The notes: a model not told the origin generated them from the sequence alone. A DNA stretch of 63,848 nucleotides, filler included, from Piptocephalis cylindrospora (GCA_003614145.1; 24 parts of 24 records of this genome joined end to end with filler, not necessarily neighbours in it), one strand, 5' to 3'. Shown: positions 50,802 through 63,791, counted from the first letter of the whole stretch. Numbers and translations: made by a program.

Positions 50802-53400
50802 GAAAAGTGATAGAAGGGATGAAGACGCTGAATGACAACGAAGAGGAATAAGGTAGACGTGTCAAGGGAGATGGGTGAAAGGAGAGGGAAAGGAGAGGGA
50901 AAGGAGAGGGGTTCGTTTCTCCCCTTTTTAAGTAAGGCAGTGCTTCATGAATGGATCTAGATCAAATAGGCCTCTAGGATGAATAAGTACAAGGACGTTT
51001 ATGATATCGTTTGTAATCTGGTTAAAGGAGAGGATGATCCTTGGTGGGCCAGAACAAGGGAAAGAGGATTCACGTCACACACTGTCTGGGAATGGAAAGA
51101 CCGACAAATCCAGATGGGGGGATAAAGTAGAGGGTCTTCATTTATTTGGAGCAAGGACAGTAGCCTGCTGGAGATCAAGAGTGTACGACCTAGACAGGAG
51201 GGAGAAGGGAAGGAGGGGAGAACTAGAGCCTTTATTCCAAGGCCAACAGCAACAGGAAAGAGACGAGGTATTAGTGATTAAAAATGGTGCTTCACCCTCG
51301 ATAAATGTACCCACACACACATGCATTCCATACCCAGCCATTCTCCGCCGAGGGAGGAGATGATGAAGGATCGATCGGGAAATGACTTTGTGCAGCCCTT
51401 CCGATAGGAGCAATAGCAGGGGGCCCGATCCAAGGAGCGAATCTCCCATAAAGACAGATATTCAAGGAGATACTTCCCTGTCCGTCGGGAGATATGTGTT
51501 GGAGGAATAAAGCCTTTCTCAGATACCCGCCAAGAACAGAATAGACAATGACCAAGATGGAAACAAAGGATGGACAAGCGGGACACATGTTCCCTGACGG
51601 TGGTGGTATTATGATGATGATGATGATGATGATGATAATGATTATGATTAGGGGTTCTCATGCAGAAGGGACACCGCTTCGAGCCCATGCTACCCCTTAC
51701 ACCTACCGTGAAACAGGGTGCTGTTAGAGGTATAGCATCAACCCTCAAGTGCATACCCTAGTGCATCCCTTTTCAAATAGGGGCTTAGTCCACCTCTCAC
51801 AGGGCCATCATGGTGGAATAGGCGCTGTGCTTCAGGAGCTTGAATAGCATGCTGTATTGGATATTTAAGATGCATGAAGGAAACGACATGGGTACAGTCT
51901 ATTGCTACAAAGTCAAGTCTACAAGTATGACGATGGGTGGCTAGTTTCATCCATCTGCTCCCTGGATAGCAATCCAGTAAGCAAAGCCCCCTATCCCAGC
52001 CCTCCACCACCATCTGGGAGGATAAAGAGATGGGATAGGTAGGGGGCCTGCATCGTGTACTGCCTCGTTCATCGTTATAGCATCCTGCAAAGTGTATTTC
52101 GTGCTTGATGCACACAGCCATCCCTACTGTATGCCAGTCCCCCCCTACAAGGGTCCAAGTCCTCAGCAAGTGTACGATCCAACTCTTCGCCAGAGTCCTA
52201 CTCGAGTGCACAGGAGCTTGTGGATGTCCCCATGATCTCAGATTGACCCATCCTGTACTCATTCTATCTCGTTCGGGCAGGCTCCCTTGTCCTCTCCTCC
52301 CTCCCATTTTATTAAATGACTTGGTCACGCTTCTTGGTCAGTGCGTATCATACATCCCTATTCTGCCATGAAGAATGAGGGCCCAGGACGCGCCGATCAT
52401 GCCGATGAACATCACTTGTCCCCTCCTGACTGCTGTATACCCTTTCCATCATCACGGGAATGTCCGAAACACCTTGCACCTTCTGTACACTCCCTTCTAT
52501 TTTGTCGTCTCCGCCTCCCCTATCTACCACGTCAGGATGACCACTAAGTCTCATTAAACATGACTGGGATATTTTTAGCTCATCAACCGGGAGATAAGCC
52601 CTCCTTTCCTCCCCTTGTCCCCTACAGGACTGGCACCAATCAATCTTGCTCCAAGACAACTCCGATAGCTTGACAAGCCCATAACAACATGTGTATGCAT
52701 ACGCGTGTGTGTCGAGAGAGGCGGTGCACAGCCTACTAGATGTAGTGTGCTATGGGGAGAGGGGGCAGAAGCACTGGCATCTCCCCTTCCCTCCTCCTAC
52801 ACACACGAAACGGGAGAGAAGAGAGACACTCCTACCATTACCGCTAAAGGGCCGAAACGATACAATGTGGGAGGGAAGGAGGAAAGGAGCGGGGACAGGG
52901 TGGAGCACACCGTGAGAAAGACTCACCCTCCCCTAATGTGATCACCGTCTACCTTGTCCTTATCGTGATGAGACAGAATAAAGACGAGAAGGTATATAAA
53001 AGGATCGTCGCTCCTGGAGGGGAAGGGCCAAGACACCGACAATCGCTTCTCTACCCCCCCCCCCCCCCCCCCCTTTCCCTCTCTTTTTCCCCGCCACTTT
53101 CACCGCCTCTTCTCTTTCCTCAAAGGCCAGTGGCCTCACTGTAACTGCATACTCTTCCGATGAGGATGATCATCCCCCTCACCGCTCCTCACCCTCCTCC
53201 CTTGCACTCGATGGATTCGAAAGGGACGATGAGGGAGTCCGAGGACGTTCCCGTACCTCTTCTCGCATGGTCCGTATCCTCTGCTCTTGTGGGTCCACTT
53301 NNNNNNNNNNNNNNNNNNNNNNNNNNNNNNNNNNNNNNNNNNNNTTAATTAATTAANNNNNNNNNNNNNNNNNNNNNNNNNNNNNNNNNNNNNNNNNNNN

Positions 53401-53455
53401 GCACGTCGTGGGTATCTGGAGGATCCTCGTCTTCGGTAATATTTTTCATATGAGA
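53401..53455. repeat. Exact 55-bp inverted copy of 54509-54563
   Basis: Reverse-complement identity for exactly 55 nt at the contig start. Confidence 0.9.
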
Positions 53456-53519
53456 GTGGATGGAATAGAGGATCAGTAAGGGAGGTAAGGAGATCCACAA
53501 GGTAGTGCATCTTTACTTA

Positions 53520-55946
53520 CAATGATCCTTCTCCAGAAAGGCGACCAATTGCGCGTACAGCCGACGAATGGCCGTAGATGGAGTGTAAGGGGATGTGAGG
53601 AGACTTGAGAGGAGACGGGCGCTCTCGGTATTAACTCCATCCTATCAACATGAGCCGGAGAAATGAACAAAGTAAGTATACATAATCTCCGCACAGGTCC
53701 CGGACCCTTTCCCTTAAATTCCCATATTTCCACCTACCGTAGCCATGAGCTTCTGAAATCTCTGGTAATTTAGTAGGGTACGGAAGGCAGGAAAACGCTT
53801 CTCCAGACCCTTCCTCTTATTCATCCCTTCATCCTGAATCTGTAGGTTAACCGGAAGTCTCTTGGAGATAGGAACCAATGTTTCTTCTTCCGTAGAGCAG
53901 TTCTCTAGTGAAGAAGATGTCAGATTATTGCCTGATGCACCTCCTTGTCCTCCTCAGATCCTACCTTGCCGAACACACCGGTTAAAAACATCCCGGATGA
54001 TCTCGTTGACTATATCCCCACAGTCAGCCTGGGCCAGACGATCAATGGCAGGGATGGGTCTCCCTTGCCGGAAAAGACGCATTCCCCAAACTCGAAGTAT
54101 CTCCCGGTATTGATGACGTAGATTATACTTGACGCAGAAATCTAGAATTCGGACAAGCTGAGCCTCGGTCCTGACTGGTACTGTGGTGATTAACTAGGGT
54201 AATGTTAAATGGAGATAATTAGAATATGGAGGGGGGAAGCTCCAAATTTAGAAAAGAAAACAAGCCCCCATCCCACAGCCAAGCCCCATACCTCTTGTAG
54301 ATGAGCCTTTCCTAAAGCGCCGCACTCGCCAAAGTATGTTCCAGAGACTTCCCAAGTATCCTGGGCATTCCAAAGCTCGGTGGCGTAATCCATGATAAAG
54401 TACTGCCGCAGGGTTACCTCTCCCTGCCCTTGCTGACGTCTATGCCAGTATATGATAGAGGGTGAGAGAAAATACATATACATCCCATCCCATGCCTAGC
54501 CCATTTCATCTCATATGAAAAATATTACCGAAGACGAGGATCCTCCAGATACCCACGACGTGCAAACAAATCAGCGAGATGTGCACCCATCCATCCATCC
54601 ATGACCTTGCATCCCTCCATGGCCAAGATAAAACGGCCCTCAATTAGGGCACGAACGCAGTCAAGGAAGGTCTCTGATTCTTCCTCCTCCTCTTCCTCCG
54701 CCTCCTCCAGGGTCTTGGCGGTATCAGCAAGGCCAAAGGCCTGCATACACTTTCGTCCCAAAGGACGAAGGGATAGAGCATCGGCAGAGGGGTCCGAATG
54801 GTATGCAAGGGCCACATAGGCCTCGCTCCAAGTCCTAGACGCCTCCAGAATGGCCCGAGCATCTCCCGAGAGGATGTCCAGCAATCGGAATGGATAAGTG
54901 ATGTCAATGGAACGAAGACGTTCCTTCTCCGCCACGACACTTTTCAGCCACATTCGCCACTTATCCGCAAAATCCGATCGAGAGTGGGACTTTTCCAGGC
55001 TGGGGCGATTTTGCAGAAGGGCTAAAAGAGCCCTGGCCACATTATGATCGGATCCTCCACCTTGGTATGTCTGTAAGGAATCAGTCAATTCTGAAAGGAG
55101 GCAGAGAAGAGCCATTTTTTCATACACCTTCCAATCAATAGATGAGGTGATCTGTGCTGATTGGTCCAGTACTCTACGGACCTTGCCAGGAGAACAACTT
55201 ATCTGCCATTGCGCAAGGCCAGGCCCCACAGGTTCGGTCGGAGGGATGAGGTAGAGGGCCGCGGCAAACCCCCAAAGAAGCCGTCTACCCTTTGCAATGA
55301 AGATCTGATTATTAAGATCAGTAAGCTCCTTGGACTCCGGATAGTCGCTTCCATCCTCGGACCCTCCAGATTCCAATGTGCTCTCGTGACTTTCTTCCAT
55401 CATGGCCATCTCCTCTTGCTCGCTCTATTAGTGAATGATCAGATAGACCATGACGATCAAAACGTATCTACAATCATCATTTTATCGCTTCTCGGATAAG
55501 GGCCTCTTACCAATAAAAAAGCTAGATGTCGACCAATAGCCTTAGAATATTTGTCAGCCAGGCCCTGAATATTCTTCTCGAGATGTCGGGCCGTGGTGGC
55601 AAAGAGAGACGTAGAAGGTCCCTCCAGTCTTAGGCTTTGTCGAAAGATGGCTGAACCTTCTGTGATGAGCTATTGTTATTGATCAAGGTGTCCCAATAGA
55701 TGTAGGATTCATGATTAGAAATTTCACTTGTCCCCAACGCTAGCAGCATTAACACGAAGAAATATCGCTTACCGGCAGCATGTATGGGGATGGCCGCTTA
55801 TCTTCACATAGGTAGACCAATTGATCATCTGGTGAAGCCAACGGGGAAGGGGGGTTCTCGCGCTCGTCTGGGCTCTTTCCTCGAGCATACACAGCCATCT
55901 GACCTGCTCGATAGGTAAAATCCAAAGATTGCCCCGTGATGGCACC
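53520..55946 (-). CDS. NUP85: Nucleoporin Nup85, multi-exon fragment
   Basis: FADKWRMW, LLDILSGDARAIL..SRTWSEAYVALAYH, GWMGAHLADL, LRQYFIMDYA..LW and TWEVSGTYFGEC. Confidence 0.8.
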
Positions 55947-56046
55947 NNNNNNNNNNNNNNNNNNNNNNNNNNNNNNNNNNNNNNNNNNNNTTAATTAATT
56001 AANNNNNNNNNNNNNNNNNNNNNNNNNNNNNNNNNNNNNNNNNNNN

Positions 56047-57866
56047 TCCCATCCCGCGGATTGGTCCGTGCTCCCCTCCGCCATATAGCACCGGCCTCCC
56101 TCAACTCCGCCGTGCCCACTAGCCCGGATGGCATACACCTCCTCCACATGGCCTTTTTTCCACCAGCGGGCCAGCTGTCGGCCGGAAATGATGGTGCCAT
56201 CTGTGGGATTTGAACCCGCAACCTTCTCATCCATTTCTGGATATACTGCTTTGATGGAAGGTGCCACTTTTCCTTCCATCGGAGCCTTTTCTTCCTGCTC
56301 CCCTTCTTCCTCCATCGTCTCTTTCCTGTCGTCTTCGCTTCTCTTTGGCTCCTGTCCTTCTGTCTCTCTTCCTTCGTCCCCTTCCACCCCATACGCCTCC
56401 CCTTGCCTCCTCCACATCCCTTGCTGGTCCCCCGCGACCTTCACCTCCCCCGTACTTTTCTGTAGTAATAAAGTTCCTTCTTTGACATCAATAACTGCCT
56501 TGTTTTCCCTTAGATACCCTATGCCTAGTACCGCGTCATACTTTCCGAGGGGGATAGACTTCCACAACCTTTCTTCGGCCTCGTAGACCCCGGGGACGGT
56601 TAGAGGTGCCATGTACACCCCTCTTACGCTCACTCTTCCCCCGGGCGTCCTCACCCATTCCCCCTCTGCGGTTTTCTTTCCTCCTAGGTGCTTCTCCGCG
56701 AAGCTTGTGTCGATGAAGTCTCCGCTGGCCCCCGTGTCGATCAGGGCTCGACCTTGAATACCACCAATAGATATTTTTACCACTATTAATTCCTCCCCCG
56801 TGCCCGCACTATAGTAATCTCCCACTGGGGCTTTGAACATACTTGGACGATAGGAGGAAGGGGAGGATGTATTACCATTGGTCTTGTGTGACCCACCACT
56901 CCCGCTAGGCCCTTCGTAGCTCCTGCTACCCCTTCCCGAAACGTTGTACCGGCCTCCCCGGCTACTCTGGTGTCCTCCTCTTCCTGAGGAGTCGCTGCGT
57001 GGGGAAGGGCACAGACGGGCCGTATGCCCTTTTCCCCCACAGTTCCAGCAGACAAAGCTCTGGGGATTGGTATCCCCCATGGCGTTAATCTCCATGGGGG
57101 TGGGGCCAGTGTGGGGCGAGGCCTTCCCATTGTAGGGGCGACTGGTATCCCAGGCGACAGCACGGCGGATGGCCTCTTCGAGGGTGGAGGGGCGGTGGTG
57201 CTCCACCTCGGAGCGGGTGGCGGAGTTTAGCCCCTGGAGGAATCTGTCCACACGGTCGCCCTCACTGGAATCCATCAGCTGGCCGTCCAGGGTGCGGAAT
57301 TCCGTCACATACGTTAAGATATCTGCCCCTTGTCGGAGTTGCCTAATCTTGTTGCGGACCACTTGGGTGTAGTCCACAGGGCAGTGAGCCGTACGGAGGT
57401 ACTGGACCAGACCCTGGAATGACTCCACAGATTTTCCAGCTCTCATGTGGCTACGGAGGCCCTCGAGAGCCGCCCCTTCCAGGAGTAAGGCTGCCACAGC
57501 CACCTGGCGACTCGGAACCACAGCCCGGGCGGTGAAGTGAAGCTCCACTCTGAAGGCCCATGTGTCCAAATTCTCTTGTGCTCTCCCAGAGTAGAGTGGA
57601 GGAGGGCCCAGAGGAAGGCTCTGCTCGTGAGTAGGGGTAAAAGTAGTGGTTTTTTCCTCCACAGGTGGCTCTTGGGGTTCTTGTGCGGGTTGCGGCCCTA
57701 AAGCGGCCACTAAGAGCTGATTTTGGAGCCTCTCCAATTCTTGATGCATGGCCGCCTCTCGCTGCTGCTGGTGGCTTTCCATCTCAGCCATTTTGGCGGT
57801 GTATTGCTGCTCAACTTGCTGCATAATTTCTTGGAGTCTCTGCTCCATGTGTGCGGAGTCTTCCAT
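56047..57866 (-). CDS. Gag-protease(-pol) polyprotein, truncated by contig end
   Basis: Uninterrupted ORF of more than 600 codons carrying the Gag, zinc-knuckle and protease motifs. Confidence 0.92.
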
Positions 57867-58038
57867 TGGCTTGGGTGGATAGGTGGATCTTTTCCTTGGG
57901 GGGGGATGTTTCCCTTCTTGTGACGCTCAATAGACTGTTCTTCTTGTGTAACTTGAGGAAGCGCTTTTCTTTTTAGGCTTGTGATTGTCTCTTGTGCCTA
58001 ATTTCTCGGTATCCTGGATGGATGGATGGATGGATAAA

Positions 58039-58051
58039 ACCGCTGCTACCA
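58039..58051 (-). promoter_or_regulatory. Primer-binding site, probably initiator tRNA-Met
   Basis: Minus strand reads ...TCGACA-T-TGGTAGCAGCGGT. TGGTAGC is the canonical iMet-tRNA PBS start. Confidence 0.7.
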
Positions 58052-58239
58052 ATGTCGAGACTTCTTTTCGTTCTCTTCTGTGCACGATGGGAATCGTGGA
58101 TGTCTGGGGGGATGGATGCTTGTTACTCCCTTGGTCTCTCAATCAGATGTAGAACCAAGGTATATTGCTCTCTCATCTCTCGATGCACTTACCTGGGGGG
58201 ATGGATGCTTGTTACTCCCTTGGGCTGAACTTTAGTATA

Positions 58240-58582
58240 GGGGACACCTTTTTGAATGTGTGCTACTCGCTCTATAAAAGGCGCAGCGCAATGATTCTTT
58301 GTGCGTTCTGTAGCCTACCTTCTTCTTTCTCTTTCCCAATGTTTCCTACCGCTTCTTCTCTTTCCAACCTTTTTTCCTCTGAGGAAGTGTGCATCCTCTT
58401 CCTTCTTGAGCATGGCATCTTGTATGACCATCCCCCCTGCCCTGCTTGTGAGGGACCAACCGTAAGATATGGCAAACGCTATACCTGTCGGAGGAAGGCC
58501 TGTCGGAGGAAGATTTCCCTGTTTAAGGACTCTTTCTTCGCCAAGGGCAAACTTCCAGTCAACAAGGTGATGCAAATTGCCT
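58240..58582 (+). mobile_element. Merlin (IS1016/ISXO2-like) DNA transposon 5' end
   Basis: Putative TIR start GGGGACACC, TATAAAA and ATG 58339. The protein reads EEVCILFLLEHGIL..CPAC..YTCRRKACRRKISLFKDSFFAKGKLP, the zinc-ribbon N-terminus typical of Merlin transposases. Confidence 0.75.
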
Positions 58583-59547
58583 NNNNNNNNNNNNNNNNNN
58601 NNNNNNNNNNNNNNNNNNNNNNNNNNTTAATTAATTAANNNNNNNNNNNNNNNNNNNNNNNNNNNNNNNNNNNNNNNNNNNNACACACACACACATATAG
58701 AGGGAAAAAGAGGGAGAGGGATATGTGAGAGAGGTATGACAAAAGAAATGAGAAAGGGTGGTGTGACCCCACTTTATCACCGATAGAGTTCAAAGAAACA
58801 TCACGCCTTTAAGGGAGACACTATGACCTGGTTTTTGGATGGCATTGACCTTGAGATTGCTCAGCCGACACACGGGTGGTCCGTGGGGGGAATAGTCATT
58901 TTCCGATAGACTAAGAGCGTGACGTTGAATTGATCATGGGAGGAAAGTCTCGGAGAAGAGGAGGGCATCTGCCATCTCTACTCGGACATGCTATGTGAAG
59001 GCTACGCTAAGTATGTAAATGGATGATGGGGTTCTAATCATCTAGCAATCCATCAGAGAGGGAGTATGAAGAAAGAGGAGGCAGGGTTTGACATGGATGC
59101 ATAATCGAGAAAATGGACGACTTGAGGGGTGACACAACGCAAGATTAGACACAAGAGATTGAATCCTCTACTCAAATATAAAAAGAATAAATTGGTAAAA
59201 AATGTGAGGCGATGATATATTCTTAGATGTTCGTTAGAATACGCACAAGCTTGATCTTGCAAGGCTCGAGAGTGAACGTGAGAGGGTAGCGAAGGGAAGA
59301 GATGAGATGAAAATACTATCCTCCTCTCCTCGGTACCCCACTCGACACATCAACTCAAGTCGTGCAGGATCGACTCCTTCTCCATCAACAACAAGCCCAA
59401 TGACCCCTTGTACCCTACCCGTCATCCCCGTCGACCAAGGCCGATCTCTCCCCTACAACAGGCGGAAGTTTTCCTACTCGCACAAATGCTCACGAGAGAA
59501 TGGACGCAAGCACGAACAGCGGACCAGTAGTCCAGATGTCGGGCCCC

Positions 59548-60993
59548 TTAGGAGGAGGGGGCAGGCACGGCACAGAGGTCAAAGGCGGCCTCGTTGCTCT
59601 CATTGAAGAATTCCTTGATGGTCATAACGGTGGAGTAGACCATGATGACGGAGCCGAGAACCAGGAGGGACCAGTTGGCAATGCGTTTTGTGCGAGTGTT
59701 GGCACCGGCGCGCAAGTGGAAGAGAGGGGGGTAGAGGAAGCAGAGGGGGATGCAAGCAAAGGAACCGACAAGAGAGATGAAGATGTCGAGGTTATTGGCG
59801 CCGGCAGCGGAGATACCGATGCAGACAGCGACCATACCGGCACGGAAGAGATTCTTGGACCACTTCCACTTCATGGAGACGCGACCGGACCTGGATGGAC
59901 CAAATCCACCCTTCTCCAGGATGACAATGGCGGGGAACATCTGGAGGGGAACGGAAAAGATGATGGCAATGGCGTAGAGGATCTGGATGGCCGAGACAAC
60001 ACCCGAGTTCTGGGGCATGTTGTTGACGACCATAGTCTGGGTCTTATCACCAAATGTGGCGTAAGAGAGCATGCCGACGGAGAGGAAGAGGGTGAGGACG
60101 ATGGAGAGAGTGATGACGAGGACACGGGGGAACTTTTCGGGCTGACGCATGGATTCGGTGATGGGGATGACCAGACCGATGCCCTCGAAGGAGTAGACGG
60201 CGGTACCGATGAAGAGGGACCATTCACGGGCATTGAATGCGGTGGTGGTGGTGGAGAAACCCTCGATGGAGATGACGTGGATGTCATAGTAGAGGATGTA
60301 GATGATACCAAAGAGGATAAAGGCCTCGGAAATGAGGGAGGTGAAGCCGAGTTTTTCAATGCGTCGAATCAGTGCAAATGGGACAAAGACGACGAAGAGC
60401 ATGAGGATGTACCAGACGATCGAGAGGTTGACGGAGCAATTGGTGACACCCTGGAAGAAGGTACGAAGATTTGAGGCGATGAAGATGATGTAGGCACAGC
60501 AGAAACCAATCTGGGAGAGGATGATGGAGGCCTGGACGATGGCCTTCATCTTGGGACCAAATAAAGTCCCGGCAATCTCGCCAAAAGATCCACCTCCCGG
60601 GGTATTTGCGCGAGCATCGACGAGGAGAAGGTAGGCGAAGAGGGAGAGGCCGGCCATGGCGGTAAGGACGACAGCGGAGAACCACAGTCCACCCTTCTCA
60701 AAGGCCTTGGGGAGGAAGAGGACACCGGTACCGACAAAGGCCTTGATCAGAAGGAAGATGGCCTTGCCCACGGAGGCAGTGCCCTTGGCGGGGATACCGG
60801 ACTCCTCCTCTTCCCGGGTAGATCCTGACTTGATGGCCTCAATGTCATCTGCGTACCCATCGTCATCGACGCGCATCTCCTCTCCATGGTATCGCCCGTA
60901 GGTGTCAGCCAGGTCCTGGCCGTACGACCTTCGGCGAGAGACGTCCCCGGAACTGGTTTGTTTTTCCAGTACGTGATGATTCCCAGTAGTCAT
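59548..60993 (-). CDS. AVT3: Vacuolar amino-acid transporter Avt3/Avt4 (Aa_trans, SLC36-like), intronless
   Basis: KAFVGTGVLFLPKAF, SQIGFCCAYIIF, GTAVYSFEGIGLVIPI, MRQPEKF, KWKWSKNLFR and SLVGSFACIPL..YPPLFH. Confidence 0.93.
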   Translation of the reverse strand: MTTGNHHVLEKQTSSGDVSRRRSYGQDLADTYGRYHGEEMRVDDDGYADDIEAIKSGSTREEEESGIPAKGTASVGKAIFLLIKAFVGTGVLFLPKAFEKGGLWFSAVVLTAMAGLSLFAYLLLVDARANTPGGGSFGEIAGTLFGPKMKAIVQASIILSQIGFCCAYIIFIASNLRTFFQGVTNCSVNLSIVWYILMLFVVFVPFALIRRIEKLGFTSLISEAFILFGIIYILYYDIHVISIEGFSTTTTAFNAREWSLFIGTAVYSFEGIGLVIPITESMRQPEKFPRVLVITLSIVLTLFLSVGMLSYATFGDKTQTMVVNNMPQNSGVVSAIQILYAIAIIFSVPLQMFPAIVILEKGGFGPSRSGRVSMKWKWSKNLFRAGMVAVCIGISAAGANNLDIFISLVGSFACIPLCFLYPPLFHLRAGANTRTKRIANWSLLVLGSVIMVYSTVMTIKEFFNESNEAAFDLCAVPAPSS

Positions 60994-62304
60994 TTGTAGA
61001 CGCGCAAGAGGATGAAGAGAGGGGGGGGGGGGGGGGGAACAAACCGGGGGGGGGTAGGGGGGCGGGGGGGGGGGGGTGGGTGGTGGGGGGGGGGGGGGGG
61101 GAAGAAGAGAAGAAAGGGAGGAAGAGAAAAGAGGAGGGGGCGGAGAGAAAAAAAAAAAAAAGAGGGGGGGGGGGGGGGGGACGACGATGGATACCGACGG
61201 GGGATGGTCAAGAGGNNNNNNNNNNNNNNNNNNNNNNNNNNNNNNNNNNNNNNNNNNNNTTAATTAATTAANNNNNNNNNNNNNNNNNNNNNNNNNNNNN
61301 NNNNNNNNNNNNNNNGGCAGGATGGGTTAGATGTGAACCAAGACAGGGATGGGCGCAAGCAAACTTTCTCCCCCTCCTTACCATAATAGTGAGTGTGATG
61401 AGTATGCTTGGGTCGGGAAACCGAAAAGCTTCTTGCGTTGTTAAGGAGAGTCGTACTGTTGGCAATGGCCAGGAAAAAGAATGAGGGGGGATGGAGTGAG
61501 ATGTAACTGATGACAGCGAGCCCTTCCCGTTGCACTGACCTTTCCTCCCAAATCTCTTATAGGCTGGTCCGGGCTACGACGGACCCTGACGGTCATGAAC
61601 ACCACCACACTCGTCTCATCCAATCACCGCATATGACTCATGTCGAGTCATAGCAGATCACTTTATAGGGCTGCTCATCGTAGCTGACGGTGCTTTAGTG
61701 TAATAGGGTATTCATGATCATGGATGCGGTGTGCTTACACGGCGATTTTGGGGCATTAAATGAGGGCTTGAACAAACAATGAAAGGGGCGAAATTAGGCT
61801 AGAACTGAATGAATTACGTGCATGCTTTGCAGGTACTTTCTCTTCTCTTCTCGGCTTGGTAATACTTTCTATCCTTTTCCCAAGGTCTATCGCTCCTGAT
61901 TCCATCATTAGAGAAGCCCTCTCTCCGGAGGAACCCCGTCAACAATGAATTGAGTCAAGATTTCCTGGATTCATCAGTCTATCCTTATTTAATGTTGTGT
62001 TCTTGGCTACAAGATCATCCTACACAAAGCTATGGTCCACACCCATTACATCAAGAGTAAAAAGAATAGTAGAATACAATTGGGAATGAGGAATGAGATA
62101 AATGCAAGTTCGTCTTTTCCTTCTACTCTTTTAAAAGTTATCTTTGCCCGACTGGTGATACCACTACAATAGATACTATCCCCTCTTGAATGTCACCACA
62201 TTTCATAGGATTTAAAAGGTATATTGACTTGATTGATTATGATGACACGGTCAGAGAAGCGCATGGCTACTATTCACCGCCATGCACATACATACTTACT
62301 TGTA

Positions 62305-62808
62305 TCAGTTATTCTTCTTCCAGTGTTCCATCTCACCTGCCCGTCTTCGTCCCTCCACGGTGGTGACACCTACGGGATGATGACTAACGGAGGGACGATG
62401 ATGATAGATTCTGGAAGTCTCGGATTGTGCCTCCAATTCCCCGGGTCCGGGAGTGATATGGAGTTTCTTCAGGAGGGCTGTCTCCTCAGAATGACTAGAT
62501 GAGTATGGAACACGGCTGGGCGTCGATGGTCCATCTCTACTACCGCTGACCCCAGGGGAATGGCTGACGTTCGCGGGGGAACCGCGAAGGGGGGACTGAG
62601 TATGTGAAGGTCCGGCCATCCTACCGGCCACGTCGGGTTTAGGCGAAGCATGAATGTTCCGGGCGATCTCTCGAACGTTCCCAAAGGCCTCTACAGGGTC
62701 CATCTCGGGATGACGCCTCTCGTAGATAGGTAAAATGGCGTCGATGTACTCGGCCACCGGGCTGTCCGCGCGGGGGGAGTCGCGGTCTGGGTGATGTCTG
62801 AAGTGCAT
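62305..62808 (-). CDS. Orphan ORF
   Basis: GC-richer open frame MHFRHHPDRDSP...AEYIDAILPIYERRHPEM with no recognisable domain. Confidence 0.3.
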   Translation of the reverse strand: MHFRHHPDRDSPRADSPVAEYIDAILPIYERRHPEMDPVEAFGNVREIARNIHASPKPDVAGRMAGPSHTQSPLRGSPANVSHSPGVSGSRDGPSTPSRVPYSSSHSEETALLKKLHITPGPGELEAQSETSRIYHHRPSVSHHPVGVTTVEGRRRAGEMEHWKKNN

Positions 62809-63791
62809 GTTAAAGCAATAAATTGGAGGGTATGTGTCCAAATGAGGGGTGAGTAAGAGAGTGGTGGGGAGGTAAGCAGAGGTAATGTAATGCTCAAAGG
62901 GGCATTCAGGCGTTTTATAGATGTGCTCTCCCCCCTCTCTTCTACGGATGACTAGAAAGGAAGAATTACCCTAGAAGTAGGTATGGGTCACTGTTTCCTG
63001 ATAGGATGGGTATAAGAATGGAGGGAGGCTGGCATAAAGGGGTCATCCACACGTCACACAAGCATCCATGGACCTGGACGGGCTACGAGGTATATGTGTG
63101 CATGTCAATCAGGCCTTTGAGCATCAAGGTGTTTAATTGATTGTAGCTTGATCTATCACATGCCCTGGTTGGCGGGGGTAAATCCGTATCACCCGTGCGA
63201 CTGACTGTGTGACGAGGAGGGGTTCAGGGTCATACTGAGAGGAGGGTCTGTGGGGAGCTGTGGTATATCGGGTGAGACGAATAAATGAATTCCCAGGATG
63301 TCTCGGGATCTTATATTTCGCGAGGGTAGTTGTAGTAGGTAGGGCGAGGTGACACAATCTGCTCACGCGACATAGATATGGTGTGTGTGGGGAAGAATAA
63401 AAGGGTAGCTTGGACAGGCTGTGAATACGGAGGCATATTGAACGAGGGACTTTCAAGAGGGCTCCAAAACGATGGTGACTGATATGACGGATTTTCAGAG
63501 GGATGGATCGGGTCATAATCCATCCCCAAGCGCTTCCATAGACTCGATTGGGGGATACGATGGAGGGGATATTTTAGCGTGAGTAGCATTACATATCTCA
63601 TTTTCACTACTGATAATGCAGTAGTTTATTATTATCATTAGGAGTGATCACTGAGATCTTGGATGCATTTTTGTTATTTGCCATTCCTGGTGCACGCGCC
63701 CTTTTTTGTGTACGGTGAGAATGTACGCGTCCACATCACGAGAATATGTGTAAATTCTGACAAGTGGTCGAGAAGACTGAGCGTTCTTCTC

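Larger units (their letters stand above)
56047..58239 (-). mobile_element. Ty3/Gypsy LTR retrotransposon, 5' part (LTR ~58239-58053, PBS, gag-protease)
   Basis: ORF 57866-56047 has a retrotransposon Gag (LRQG..YVTEF, FLQGL, PTPMEI), a CCHC knuckle CWNCGGKGHTARLC and an in-frame aspartic protease ALIDTGASGDFI...VLGIGYL. The LTR end CA is followed by the PBS. Confidence 0.92.

Noticed and set aside
2610..61315. Regularly spaced TTAATTAATTAA repeats as a CRISPR-like or biological array
   Set aside because: They are N-flanked synthetic six-frame-stop linkers joining contigs.
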